From Chrysomallon squamiferum (lineage: Eukaryota; Animalia; Mollusca): a stretch of 64,000 bases of DNA. Of the stretch, positions 27,650-41,302 are shown piece by piece. The translations under genes were made by a program, and so were the position numbers. Each line of letters begins with the position of its first letter. Positions within the stretch are counted from its first letter, which is position 1. The notes below the pieces were generated by a model. That model had not been told where the DNA came from. It worked only from the letters and a program-made list of their open reading frames with translations, and made no database searches. The DNA is taken from assembly GCA_012295275.1 (NCBI GenBank), contig CM022672.1:5394001-5458000 (forward strand). The letters run 5' to 3'.

Positions 27650-29017
27650 ATGCATGTGAGAAAATCATTGCAGCTAACGTTAGCGATATTAAAACCAGAT
27701 GTCGTAAAACAGCCTCATATAGTCCAGGTAACGCCAGTAAAATATATTTCAAGAAATATTTTTGTATATGATTAACAAAGATATTCATACTTATTACATC
27801 ATTATTATAGCTTTTCTTTAACTTAGTCTGTAAAGGTTTTTGCACCTGTTTCATTCACTAGTCAGTAGTCGGATTGATACAACTTAACATGTTACCGTTA
27901 CTCGCGCCGTTAGTAAAATTTAATAATACAATAAATAAATTAGACAATAATGGTGATAGTCGTCACTAAATACATTTTTTTTTTTTTTTATGAATTCCTA
28001 TTCGTATAATTTTTCTTTCTTTTTTACTTCTTTTTATTTTTTACGCATAAGGAATAGTGAATGATTTAATAAGTTTCCCAAGTAAAACAAAGAATCTAAA
28101 GAAGAGTTGAATAGAAACTAAAAAAGATTACAATTTTAAATTTTTTACATTTTTTTTTGATATAAATATTTTGTTGAATGTGCCAAGGTGAATTTCTGAC
28201 TTTTTATAAATTTCCCTTCTTCAATGTAAAATACAGTTTTACATAAAACTAAATTTATCCATAATTTTCCTTACTTTGTTATCCAGTACTTCCTATTCTT
28301 AAATTTTGTTAAGTTTGGTCAGTCTGTGTACAATTATTTACTAGGAAAACAAACTAATTAATGCCTGATGAAATCAACTAGATGAATTTGGCAACATATT
28401 GATATGAAACCAAAGTTGGACCAAAAATTCTTCTTTGATATCAGATTTACAATGTAGATATTACAGGCTGAATTTTAGAATTTTGCTTTTCTTAACTTAA
28501 GTAGTGTCAATTATCATGACCTATTAGAGCAGGCTTTGTAAATTCAGCCTGTATTATATCTGTATTTACAGGAAATACGTCAACTGATTCTGGACAACAA
28601 TTTCTATTTTGTCAGGTCAAGGAATCTGCAGTTAAGTAAACCACAGGCTAAAGAATTTTACAAGGAACATGATGGTTGGTTTATTTATGAACATTAAAAA
28701 TATAATAACAATAAAAAAATTAAATGAATATTTACTACAGAAGACAAATAGCAGATTAATTGATTTTATTTTTAAAAAATTTTAATTTATTTTTCTTTTT
28801 TCCAGCCTTGTATTGTATTTGGGTGGATTCATTTTTTTTTTTTTCCTCTTGTTTATTTATTTACAAAATTTCACTTAGCCATGATTCTTAGATTTATTAA
28901 ATTATTTAGTACCTACTACATTTTCTTTTAGAAATATTTTGTTTGTATGTTTATTTATTATATCATTATTTTTATTTTTCAGCCTTAGTAAATAAAAAAT
29001 AAAAAAAATAAAATGTA

Positions 29018-29049
<32 letters not shown>

Positions 29050-30554
29050 AGAACAATTATTTTCACAATTTGTAATGTTTATTTCAGGTAAATTTTTTCA
29101 AGGTCGTTTGGTAAATTTCATGAGCAGGTAATAATTTGTTAATCACATTTTTTCTGTTTTGTTAATATATATGTTATTTAAAAATATTATTTCTGAATTA
29201 CATATATAATCTAAAAAAAAAAAAAAGTTTGTTTAATTTACAGATACAGAAAATTGAAGTATAATTTTTATTTATGGAGTGAATATTATTCTTTTTATCT
29301 ATTTATTTATTTACTTATTTATTTATCCACTTTTATTTAACAAACACAGATATTTTCTGTATAATTTAATTATCCAGTATAATATTCAGTGATTTCAATA
29401 TTCCATTTTTCAGTGGTCCAGTATGGACCCACATATTAGCTAGAGAGAATGCTATACCAGAATGGAGAAAATTGATGGGTCCAACTAAAGTACTGAAGTA
29501 AGTAACAACAAATATCCATTATTTATTTTTCATTATTATTTCATTATTATTATTTTTATTTTTTAGAAGTATTATTTTGTTTTTTTTTACTTCTTTATTT
29601 TTTTTTTATTGTTGTTTTTATTAAAAAAAAAAATTCTGTACATATAATTATTTCATACATACCTTCTTTAGTGCATTTGGATTATGTGTTTTGGAAATGG
29701 TTTCAGTTTAGATAAAATAAATAAGCTATGTCCTTAGGCCAAAACTTACATATATACTTAATTTATTTAATTCAGCTGATATTAAATTTAAAAAGTATTG
29801 TATAGTGTATATATCATTCGTTACAGTTACAATGAATGCTACATCATTTTAGCCTAATTTCACTATTGTGAAGAGTCTCTTTAAGGATGTCTTCTTTCTT
29901 GTTTTTTAATTGACAACAAATAATGATAAATGAATAATAATTTAGACTAGTTTGAAAAAAAAACTGCATGCAAAATTTTCTCTTGTTTTAATAGAGCTTT
30001 TTTTGATGCACCTGAATCTATACGAGGAAGACATGGTTTGACTGACACAAGAAACTGCACTCATGGCTCAGGTAAAATAAAAAAGATTTATTTTATTTTA
30101 TATTTATATTGTAATTTAAAAAAAAAAAAAATTAAATTAAGAGATAAATATGGTTTTAATGTTGAAACTGATGCTTAAAAATCTTAAATATTTTAAAATC
30201 AAACTATGTATTTTTTTAAATTGTGTCTGTTTCATTTATTAATAACTGTTATCATCCAGACATATATATTAACTGAACTAACTCATTTCCCTTATATTTA
30301 AACTTTAAATAAAACAAATGTTCATTTCTTTCTCAGCCATTTCACCTAATCACAATAACTCTTTTTTTTTTTTTTAATAATTACTTGTAGATTCAAATGA
30401 ATCAGCAACTAGGGAAATCCAGTTTTTCTTCCCAGACTTTTGTATAGCCAAATGGCACAAAGAAGAAGAAGAGTGTTTTATTAAAGGACATGTTACACTT
30501 GACACTGCTTCATGGCAACACTTGTGTATCAAAGACAATTCTGAGCCAAGATAG
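27650..30554 (+). CDS. NME6: Nucleoside diphosphate kinase 6, 6 exons, about 181 aa
   Basis: Exons 27650-27727, 28572-28674, 29088-29127, 29414-29497, 29995-30071 and 30391-30554 give MHVRKSLQLTLAILKPDVV...FYKEHDGKFFQGRLVNFMSSGP...LMGPTKV...SIRGRHGLTDTRNCTHGSDS...REIQFFFPDF. The catalytic HGSD motif is intact, and LQLTLA.KPD and GLTDTRN.THGSD are NME6-like. Confidence 0.94.
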
Positions 30555-31133
30555 CATATTTTAAAACAATAGTTAATCATAATATCATCACATAAAATAT
30601 ACATATAATTTATATTTTCACTTTATTTTAATTTAAATATTTTTTTTTATCCATTGTTGTGAAATGAAATAATATTTTGTAAAAAAATTCATTTGTCATC
30701 AGTTATGTGCTAATAAACAATATGTTTTACTTGTTATGAATTCAAAGAACCAGACAGTATTAACTGTTTATCTTATGATATGTTGTTTTACTCCAATTAA
30801 AAATTTGGTAATTTCATAATACTGTGTGTGTGTGTGTGTGTGTAAGTAACTGCCCAATAAAAACTCAAAAAAATAGTCTGAAACAAAATATCTGTTATTT
30901 TTAATGTCTTTTTCAATCCCAAATCTTGATCAGCCTTAACTTGAAGTCAAAAAAACAGAAACAAATGTCAGAAAATGATAAAACTTGATTTACTAAGACA
31001 ATCATCTTTTGGCAGTGATAAAATAAACACACTGTTATTTTGTTTTTTAGGTCGTCTGTGATATTTGTTCACTACTTTTTAAAATAAGTTATACATATTT
31101 ACAAACAGAACAAAATCTATGCCAAACTGGATC

Positions 31134-34100
31134 TTAAACCTCATTGAGATATTCCAAAAAGCTGCCTATTGATGGCAAATCTACATATTCTCTGTCTTCT
31201 GGAGGTTTGCTGGGTTCAACTATGGACATGTGTTGATCTAGTTCAACCTTTGGAGGAGACTTCTCCATTTGCAGAGTGCAGCTATTACTAGTGGCTATTG
31301 CACATGATGGAACTGGATGTGTTAGCAGCATGTTTTCACTAGGTAAAGATGGTTGACACATTTCACTTGTTATTTGTGGGATTTCATTCAGCATAAGACC
31401 TGCTGCTCTTTGATTAACTGTGTATCTTGGCACATTTCGGTTTCCTTGGGACAAATTATTGAAAGGTGCTGGATGGGGGGGTGGCTCTTTGTTTTCTTGG
31501 TGTCTGAGATATATTTGATGTCTTTGTGAATAGCTATTCATATTTTGGTTTGAACTGTAAATGTAGTTATATGAGTGTCTCATTCCCATAGGTGATGGTG
31601 GAGGTGATGGGGGTATGGTGTGGATGTTTATGTTGGTGTACATATATAATTTAGCATTTGGTAAAAACGAAATATTGGCTTGCATACACTGGACTGATGG
31701 ATCATAAGGGTTAGTTGGGGACCACTGAGGAATCTGAATTCCATACTGTTGTGGGACTGATAAACCAGGGTAATGGGCTGTATTAAATGTTTGATTTTCG
31801 TAAGTGTGTCTTGGAGCGGGCATTCCATGACCCAGACTGGAGTAATCTGGTGCTGAATTAACTGACTGGTACAAAGGAGCACCAAAAGCTGTTCTGCTGT
31901 CCATCACCCCATCATAGCTTTGGGAAGAATTCCTAGTAAATGGATCATTCCACTGAGGTGTGGCTGCTTGAGGACAATGCTGCTCCAACTGCTGACGTCT
32001 TTTGAACTCTTGAAACTGCAGTTGTTTCTCTCGCTGTGAAATTTTGTGAGCTATATGACTTGAAGGAAGTATTGGTGAGTGTCTATCTGTCAGACTATGC
32101 CAACTGGAAGGACAAGGCATCAGCAGTGGACACTGGACAGACACAGACACATCACTCGAACCATCTGTGAACTGATGTTGCATTCCATCAAATCTGCTAA
32201 AATTCGGATCTTCAGTGCCATTACTTAATTTATGACAGTCCTTCCAAGTAGTGCTATACTGGCCAAAGTGAATCATGCACATGAGGTCATTCACTGCAAA
32301 ACGTTGTCTTAAAACTATTTCTTTCTGAATGTATGTACTGTCTTCTTCTCTGAAAGATCAAATGTAATTTCTTTGTTTATTTTATCCATGCTTAACTGAA
32401 ACATTCCAGAACATTTTAATAATGATCAGATAACTAAAAAAAAAAAAAAATAAAAAACAAACAAAAAACAACAACAACACGTATTTGTTTTGTTTTACTA
32501 TTGCATTTGGTGATTTTAAAATAATGAATAATGACTACCGATATATATGAATTACTTATTCAATCATTAAATAATATTACCTTACAGGGCAATGAGAAAA
32601 AACAATTGAAAACTTTTTACAGTTCTTGCTGATGACCTTTCCTCGACTCTGCAGCCAAACCCACGTGCCTTTCTTGCTCTGAATTCGATAATATATAGTC
32701 TGAATGTCAGAGCTTCCCAGCACTGAAGAAACAAAATGTATAATATTAAACATTATTAAGTGGTTATTGGTTGCAATATATAATATTAAGTATACAAAGA
32801 TGGTCGAAATCAATGACGCTTTACTTTTCCTTTCGTCAAAACGTAAGAGATTACAAAAGAACATCAAGAAAGTACGAAACACAAAATTTGTCATAGTGTT
32901 AATATAGTCCCTTTGATTAACAGCAAACCTGAAACAGTCCTGCTAATACTTGTATTTAATTCATGAATAATGATGAAACTCACGCGCTTTGTGACATGCC
33001 AGGCACGTGGCTGTGTCTTCAGCGTGGATCAGCGAATAGAATGAACATCCATTTAATTCATCGTCTTCGTAACCCAGGATGTGCGAGGCTCTGAAAGTTA
33101 AATAATCATAACATTATAAAAGAGAGGTCGTGCTGGTTAATAAACACACGCACACGCACACCCACACACATATACATGTATATAAAACCTTAATATGGTA
33201 CTGAAAGTTTATACTCATCTAAAATAATCTGTAAATGTTTTTTGCTTCTTTATTTTTTTTTTTTTTTTTTATGGGGGTTGTTGTTTGTTTGGTGTATACT
33301 GATGATAAAACATTTCATTTTTGTGGAAACGCTTAAAATAAATTAATATATAAAGATATTAATTTATGAAGGATTAACTAAATGTGATTTGTCTAAAGAC
33401 ACAATATTATGCCATTGTAGTGGCTGTGCCAGTGTCTAACTTCTGAGTTCTTGTCTATATTTAAGCCATCTATAAGTTGTCTTACTTGGTATCTACTTCT
33501 TTAATTTTTAGATCCATGGCGTGTTTGGTCCAGAAGACATTTTGTCTGATATCGTCTGCTAGCTCTGTGATGTTCAGCATGAATGGATGACAGTAAAGAA
33601 AAGCGATTTCATTTGACATTCTCTTACTTTTACATTCGTCTGATAAGTCCACTATCTTACCCGAGCAGTGAATTTTCTGAAATTTCAGTTTAAAAGAGTA
33701 ATTTATGAAAATAAACATTTCTTTTTAAATTTCATTTTCTTTCCTATTCTTTCTTTAAAAAAAAAAAAAATTCCTTTTAGTAAAAGTTAAGAAATTAAAT
33801 GAACTAAATATAAATTAAAATTAAAAACTGTCTTAGTTAAAGAAATGCAGGTTTTAATAATTACAATCTAACAAAATATCTATATATTTCTATATATATT
33901 TATCAAACGGTAATAAAACGTTAGTTATTTCAGCACTGAAGATTACGTAATTGCTTATGTACCAGATAACCGGCAGACGTTCCACTGAAGCATTTCATAC
34001 GGCTGATGAAAGACACTGCTTTCCGTAATTCTTTACTGTCGTTTGAATCGGCGCCGTTTTTGTCCTGTTTTCAAAAGATCAAAGAGTTAAAGTTTAATAA

Positions 34101-36439
34101 ATAATAATTAATTTATATATACCTATCTTAAATTTCCTTCTAAAAAATAAATGATATCTTTAATAAACAATATTTATGCTTTAATATTAATTTAATTTTT
34201 TTATTCTCGTAAGCCATGTAAACAAATGTTTAAATTCAACGGGCACTCAAAGAGTAGGCCTACATCGGTTTTAATTTCATATTGATATTATACCATTGTA
34301 AGCAAGGTCTGCAATAAAAGTCGTCGCAATTAGCTATTCTTTTTCATCTAAAAACCATTAAGAAGAAAACAGATTTAACAAACATCTGCGGATAAATTAA
34401 GAAAAAAAGAAAAAACCATTTATGATATTAACATCTGGCTGTAATTTGTTTTTGACGTATATCTTTAAAATTAATATATCTCTATTTTCAGTTCTGTGTC
34501 TTTGATTGTTTCCTAACATTATCCATATCCATATCCATACCATACAATAAAAGAAAATATTTAAACGTTTTTTTTTTATTATTATTATTATTATTTTTTT
34601 TTTTTTATAAAGATCGAAAAGAGATGGTTATTTTCAGAAAGACTGATGATTTTATTTCAAGGTATTGGTTAATTCTGTCTCGGGTTATTTTGGTTTGAAT
34701 ATCAGATGAAATTAATTTGGTTAAGCCATGAAAGTCATTATCCTTTGTTTTTTTAGTCATTATTATTATTATTTTTTTTTTTTTTTTTTTTTTCTTTTAT
34801 TTATTTTTATTTTATTTATAATTATAATTATTATTATTATTAATCAATTTCGTTGATGATGTTGTTGTCATTATTATTTTTTTATTATTTTTTTGAAAAC
34901 ATATTTGTTTATTTATATTTTATAAAAATCATGAAACACCGTTAAAATCGAATAAATACAAATCAGTACCCACATTACAAAATAAATAAATAAATCGAAA
35001 TAAAATAATAATTATTGTTTGTGTATTCTTTCCAAGATGATTCGGTTTTTAAATGCTTAGACATATTTACGCACGCAGACTGATAGACACACACACATAC
35101 AGTGTGTGTAAGAAAGACAGAAAAAGGCAGAGAACGAAAGAGAGTGAAACTGATATTTAAAAAGAAAAAAGTAACAGGAAATCGGACAGCAACATTTGTA
35201 GTAAAAATAAGTATAAAACAGTCGTTTACATGGCCGTAACCACATTGAGGCAAATAAGGCAAACTGACGATTTTTTTGTATACAAAGATTTTATTTTAAA
35301 AATATAAAATATAAATAGCTAAATCGCGAATTTTGTTGTAGAGGTGACTATCTAAGAGGATTTGGGGCGTACCCCTCTGCGACGATAAATACTCCACTTT
35401 CCGAAGTCCAGCCATTGTGCAAGTATGCCATGTTTTGACACTCCACAGTTATATATATATCCAAACGTCTCAAAAGATAGTAACTGAGTAAACTCACTAT
35501 AATATGTGAACAATACTTCACAATTGGAATTCTGTTAAAAAAATTTTTTTTATATATATATATATATCTCATTGCTATATCAAAACATGTCTTCTTCAAA
35601 GTCCTTCTCCTATTTGAGAGCACCATCTCCATATAACTGGAGCAACCATGAACACATGCTGCCCATCGGAGTTAGCTCATTCCCCACACAGGTGTGCCAA
35701 GCTTCCTTACTGCTTGACTGCTTTCCAAATTGTAAGACTATCGACCATATTGGGTGTATGAGTAATGGGAAGATACGTTTTGCCCCGCTCCGATCGGCAA
35801 TTATGTTTTTGCCTCATTTCAAAAAGTGTCTAGTTACGGCCATGACTTAAATATTAAAAATTAAGAATTAAAAATGAATAATTGTAAATATCTTAGACAA
35901 AATGTTTTAGTTTATTTATCAGCTGCTTACGCTACATTCGCCTTCAGTGTTCTGCAAGTGTCTGTTTGTTAGGGTATTTTCTAAAACGGTCTTCAACTCA
36001 TAGTGATCATCTGGATGCACTATTCCATATAAACATCGATGCATCAAATCCACCTAAAGAAGAATAAATAAATAAATAAATACTGAGAGAAAGAAAGAAA
36101 GGAAAATAAAGTCTTTGATTTTTTTTTTTTTTTTTAAATATAGGGAATGTGTAACATTAAAAATATTTTTTATAATTATTGTTTTTTCTGTGTATTTTTG
36201 TGTTTGTCAATGTGTGTGTGTCTCACGTAACGGTACTCATGATGATATAAAATTTCTAGTTTTGAGCAAACAAATATTACATACGATATCAGTTTATTAA
36301 TGATAATGTAGTTATAAATATTGCAATTGCAACTATTTTTGTAATTGTTGTTGTTGTTGTTGCATTGCCATTATTACTGTTACTGTTACCATAATCATTA
36401 TCTAATAATTATCCTTCGATTTTATCATTATTATTTATT

Positions 36440-36494
<55 letters not shown>

Positions 36495-36752
36495 TCAGTG
36501 TATTATAGCACTTTTAATATGTTCACAAACTTGTAAGTATATATGTAAATAAAAATCGGTTTATGAAATTCCATTAGTATTTGGTTAGTGGTGCCTGTGT
36601 ACTAACCTGATTGTAGCCAAGGTACTGAAGTATATTTTCAGACACATACAAAATCGTACCATCAGTTGTAAGAAGTAGCAAAAAACCATCCAATACCTAT
36701 GAACAAAAAAAGAACAACCCATAAAACATCGTTTTGATTTGATTTTCTTTCA

Positions 36753-36807
<55 letters not shown>

Positions 36808-36878
36808 TTCTGTGAATTAGAGCATTATTATTTAATATTCATGTGTGTATATGTCTTTTTGTGTTTTTTCTGGGTTTT

Positions 36879-36941
<63 letters not shown>

Positions 36942-37065
36942 TTTCGTTCGTTTTTTTTTATCCGAAGCACTCATGTAATTTGATAATCATAAATCTCATA
37001 CTTTCGAAAGAAAGAACAAAAATATGTTATTAATGCTTACCGAAAACCATCAGCAAGGAAATTAG

Positions 37066-37121
<56 letters not shown>

Positions 37122-40100
37122 GCAACAGCAACAATAAAAATAGTTATAATAGTTGCATCGACAACAACTATAACAATAATAACAATAATACTATTTTTAA
37201 AAGAATGAATTATCTGTATTAATAAATTATTTGATTTTTTACACATCTGTTATTAATGAAAACACATAATTATTTTCGTATTCTTTTTTATAGAAGCAGT
37301 TAAAAAGTTCAGGGGAAACAACTCTGTAAAATCTTCAATTGTGAAGGTGCTAAGCAAATACTTCCGCATACGAAAAAGATAAGGCTGATTTGCGTGTTTT
37401 TGCACATTTTATTGAGTTGTGTTAAGTGGATAAAGTTATTCACAATGGTATTTGCTTTTATAATGAACACACTTCTTCCTGGAACGACAACCGTCCTGTT
37501 TTATCAGTTATATGGAAGAAAGGAAGAAGATTCTGAACAATCGGCAGAAGAAATTAGAGTAAATAGAAAACACCAAATTCACAAAATAGCACACGAGATT
37601 AGTTCGGAATATCAGTTTCGAAGGTCAGTTTCTAACAAGACAGTGGAAGAGAATGCATTAAGAATAAACAATGATGACATATTCCCAGGTTTTGAGAATG
37701 GATATTTTTTGCTACACGATACTCGATTGTTTCCGAACGGCAGTTTTGTGACATGGATGGGGGCGGGGTATGTGGCCTTTGCATTAGTGTGTGATAAGAC
37801 TGAAAACCGACTAATTGCAGAGACTGTTTTGAGACATATTGTAAAATATTTACAAGAATATGTTCGTGTTTTAAGTCAGCCAGCTGAATCGAGTATTAGA
37901 AGTGATAGAATCTCTCTTGTTTTGAGTAAATTTCTTCCACTGGGAAATCTACTTTACATGAATACCCGAGCTATACGACAGTTTGAAAAAGAACTGGACA
38001 GTTTTATTAAAACGATGTGAAATGTTTAAGCAGTCATCAACAGAAAAAGTGCAATAAATTAAATACATTTCTGTTATTACTTAAATCTAAAATAAACCCT
38101 TCGTGGAATTTTCCTTACGATAATTCAGTTAATATCACACACACACACACACACACACCGATATTTTTTTTTTTTTTTATTTTATAATTAGTATTATTGA
38201 TGATTATGATGATGATGATAATTATTGTTTCTTAAATGGTAATTTCTTTTATCGTTATTTATATGATATTTACGTGCATTTAATTTTTACAAATAGTGGC
38301 GGGTGGACAAAGTTCATTAGTGTTTAATGTATATTCAGGTAATAATTGATTTATAAAATGCGTTTTATAATGACTTGTGTAACGTGTCCATTTAATGGAT
38401 AACTTTCTTCTCCAAGAGATCTTTGATAAAAAAAAAAAATGTACAATGCATTATTTGTTGAAATATAAACTTTATCTTATTATTATTATTATCCTTTATT
38501 GTTTTTAAATCAATGTTATTTTTTTTTTTTTCTTAATACATAAACTAGAATGTATTTCTGCAGTTTGTCGAATCCTATTATTAAGACGTTAATTACATTA
38601 TTTCCATGTGGAAAAACAAAACAAAGACTCTAAATTACACGTGTGTTTGTGAATCCACCTTAAAATATATTTATTCAGTGACGAATTCATTTCCAAAGAA
38701 TTAACCTTGCTATATTGACAGTTTTGACAGCCCAACCAGAAAAGCAAACACACATTTTGTCTAGTTGTTTGCTGTACTAATTGTCAGGTTTGCTTTTGTG
38801 CGGTAGATGAGATAAGATAGACATTTAACATAATTTAGTGATTTGTTAATTTTTCACGATGACAATTGGCCTGTGACTATGTATATTGACGAGGGAAAGC
38901 ACAGCGCGCATCATGTCGCGTGTCGGGTTACCCGGATACGGAAGTGTTAAATGGATTCTAACATTGTTTAAACCTTGATCGATCGGTGTGCAAACTAAAC
39001 AAAGCCGCTAAAAGCAATTAAGATACCCGGATTGCGATTTTATTGTTGACTTTCCTCGACGGTGTTCACAACGTCAAGACGCCATTGCGTCACGTAAAGC
39101 TTGAAACTGTGTAACACCATCAAACATCAGACGTTTGTTTATTAATATTTGACAAATACAGTTAAACAAAACAGATCTGCTATACATTTATACAGTTAAA
39201 ACATGATCAATGGCGATCACTGGCGATACTTTATTTTAAACAAAGGATTTTATTTGTTATTATTAATCACGGAAAAAAAGAAAGAAGGAAAGAAAAATTA
39301 AAGCCACAACATTTTGTAATTTTATTTCATTAACCATGTACGCTTTTAAAATACCTATTACAAAATTGGAAGGGGCGTAGAATTCTTGGTTTTTGCAGAA
39401 GGCCACAGTGCAAAGAAGGGACTGAATTCTCACAAAAGGAACTATATGTTAAATATATTATTAATTTAATTTTTCAAATATGAATAATTTATAAACACAT
39501 TTTTTTGTCTAAGAAGCTACCACATCTGGTGAAAATATGATGACAACATTAATTTCAAGAAACTGACGAACACACCAAAAATACACTTCAGTCCTCAATT
39601 TCATTATAAAGCAAAGCTAGGCGAAATTCATAAATTTATTCATATTAGCTTATATAAACAAATGAATTTCCGGAGAAGGTAAATCCTTTTTAAGTACCAC
39701 TTTAGCTAGACGAGAGCCAAGCCTTTGAAGTCACTATTCGGAACACTGCATGTAAACATAATGAGGGGAAATCTTGTCTTGCCTGAATAGCGCTTTTTCC
39801 ATCAATTAAGTCTGAATCGTCATCTTTCTCAACGCCATGTCCAGACGCTGGAATGGCAATGGTCATCATAAAACCCAGCAGCTGCAAAAAAAAAAAAGGG
39901 TCAAGACTTTGGTGTTAGTTGTTGTTGTTGTTGTTTGTTTTTAATTGTTTTATTTATTTATTTGTTTATTTATGTATTTATTTATTAGCCATTATTACAA
40001 TAAAGTTTGTAAATTCGTTGTCATTGATTTTTATTTCTGGTTGATGAGATAAATTCAAACTATCCTTGAATGCTAAATGTAGAGAGCACCAAAGAATAAA

Positions 40101-41267
40101 CTATCCGAGAATTCACGAATAAATAGTAAACAATTAAAATGTTTAGTAAAATCATGTAATTATCACAAATATTTTGCTTAAAACGGATAAATTACAGGTT
40201 TAAAAAAAGTTTTAAATATTTTTCTTAACTATTAACAAATTTATCATTTTCGATATGCAGAATCGTTAAAAATTTAAATCAAAAGATGATTAAAAAATAT
40301 TTTTATCGATGTTTCAAATAAAGTATATTTAAAATATGTTTTAAATAAATATAATTGCACTCGAAACAAATCCACATAAGACCATTTTTCTTTTTTCTAA
40401 AGCCATTTTAATTATTACTATTTATTTCCTAAAATAATAATTTTAAATTAAATAAACAATTTTGATTAACCAAGAAATCATCACTAAACATATGACAAAT
40501 TATCTACAATAGAAAAAAAAGGCAAAAGAAAGAAATGAGAAGAAACCATAATAAAATTTATTTCTGTTATTTCTAGACAGATAGATAGATACAATTACAG
40601 GCTTAACGAAATTCCGAAATCCGAAAGCTATTTCCGAGCAGTAGAAAAAGTGTTAAAAATTTATTTTATGCACAAAATGATTAAAAATATTATATTAAAA
40701 ATCGTCCTAACCATTCGTATAAACTGTATATTAAATTTAAATTGAATACATATTTAAACCTTGATCTTAGTCCCAAGATATTTTCAAAATCAGAAATCGT
40801 AAATACTTCTGTATCTGTAAGAGTAATTTGTCTGGTATATATGAAATAACATTATTTCAATCGTTATTTTAATTTAATTTATTTATCTACCTATAAGAAT
40901 ATTTCTATTTATCTCTGTGGATTTGCTTTTTGTTTTTGATGAGGTAGGCTTTTATAGGGTTTTTTGTGATTTAAAAAAACAAAAACAATAAAACATTTTT
41001 TTGAGAGTATATTGAATTGGCAACGCGTATTTTATCTCAATTACATTTATCTTAATAACTGTTCTGTTTGTCTAGTAAACATTTCATGTCTCACACATTT
41101 GTGTGTTTGCATTAATTACGAGTGTTTATACTGATAAAATAACAATTTAGATTAATATTAAATTCTTGTCTGAGCAGAAATATAAATACTGAATTTCACA
41201 CGTAATTAGAATATTGTTAAGAGAATACTCAGATCAAAAAGCGACTAGCTTCATGTGCTATATTAAC

Positions 41268-41302
<35 letters not shown>

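Noticed and set aside
37394-37444. N-terminal extension of the AP5S1 ORF from a GTG start
   Set aside because: This is a eukaryotic gene, and homology begins at the ATG at 37445 (MVFAFI).
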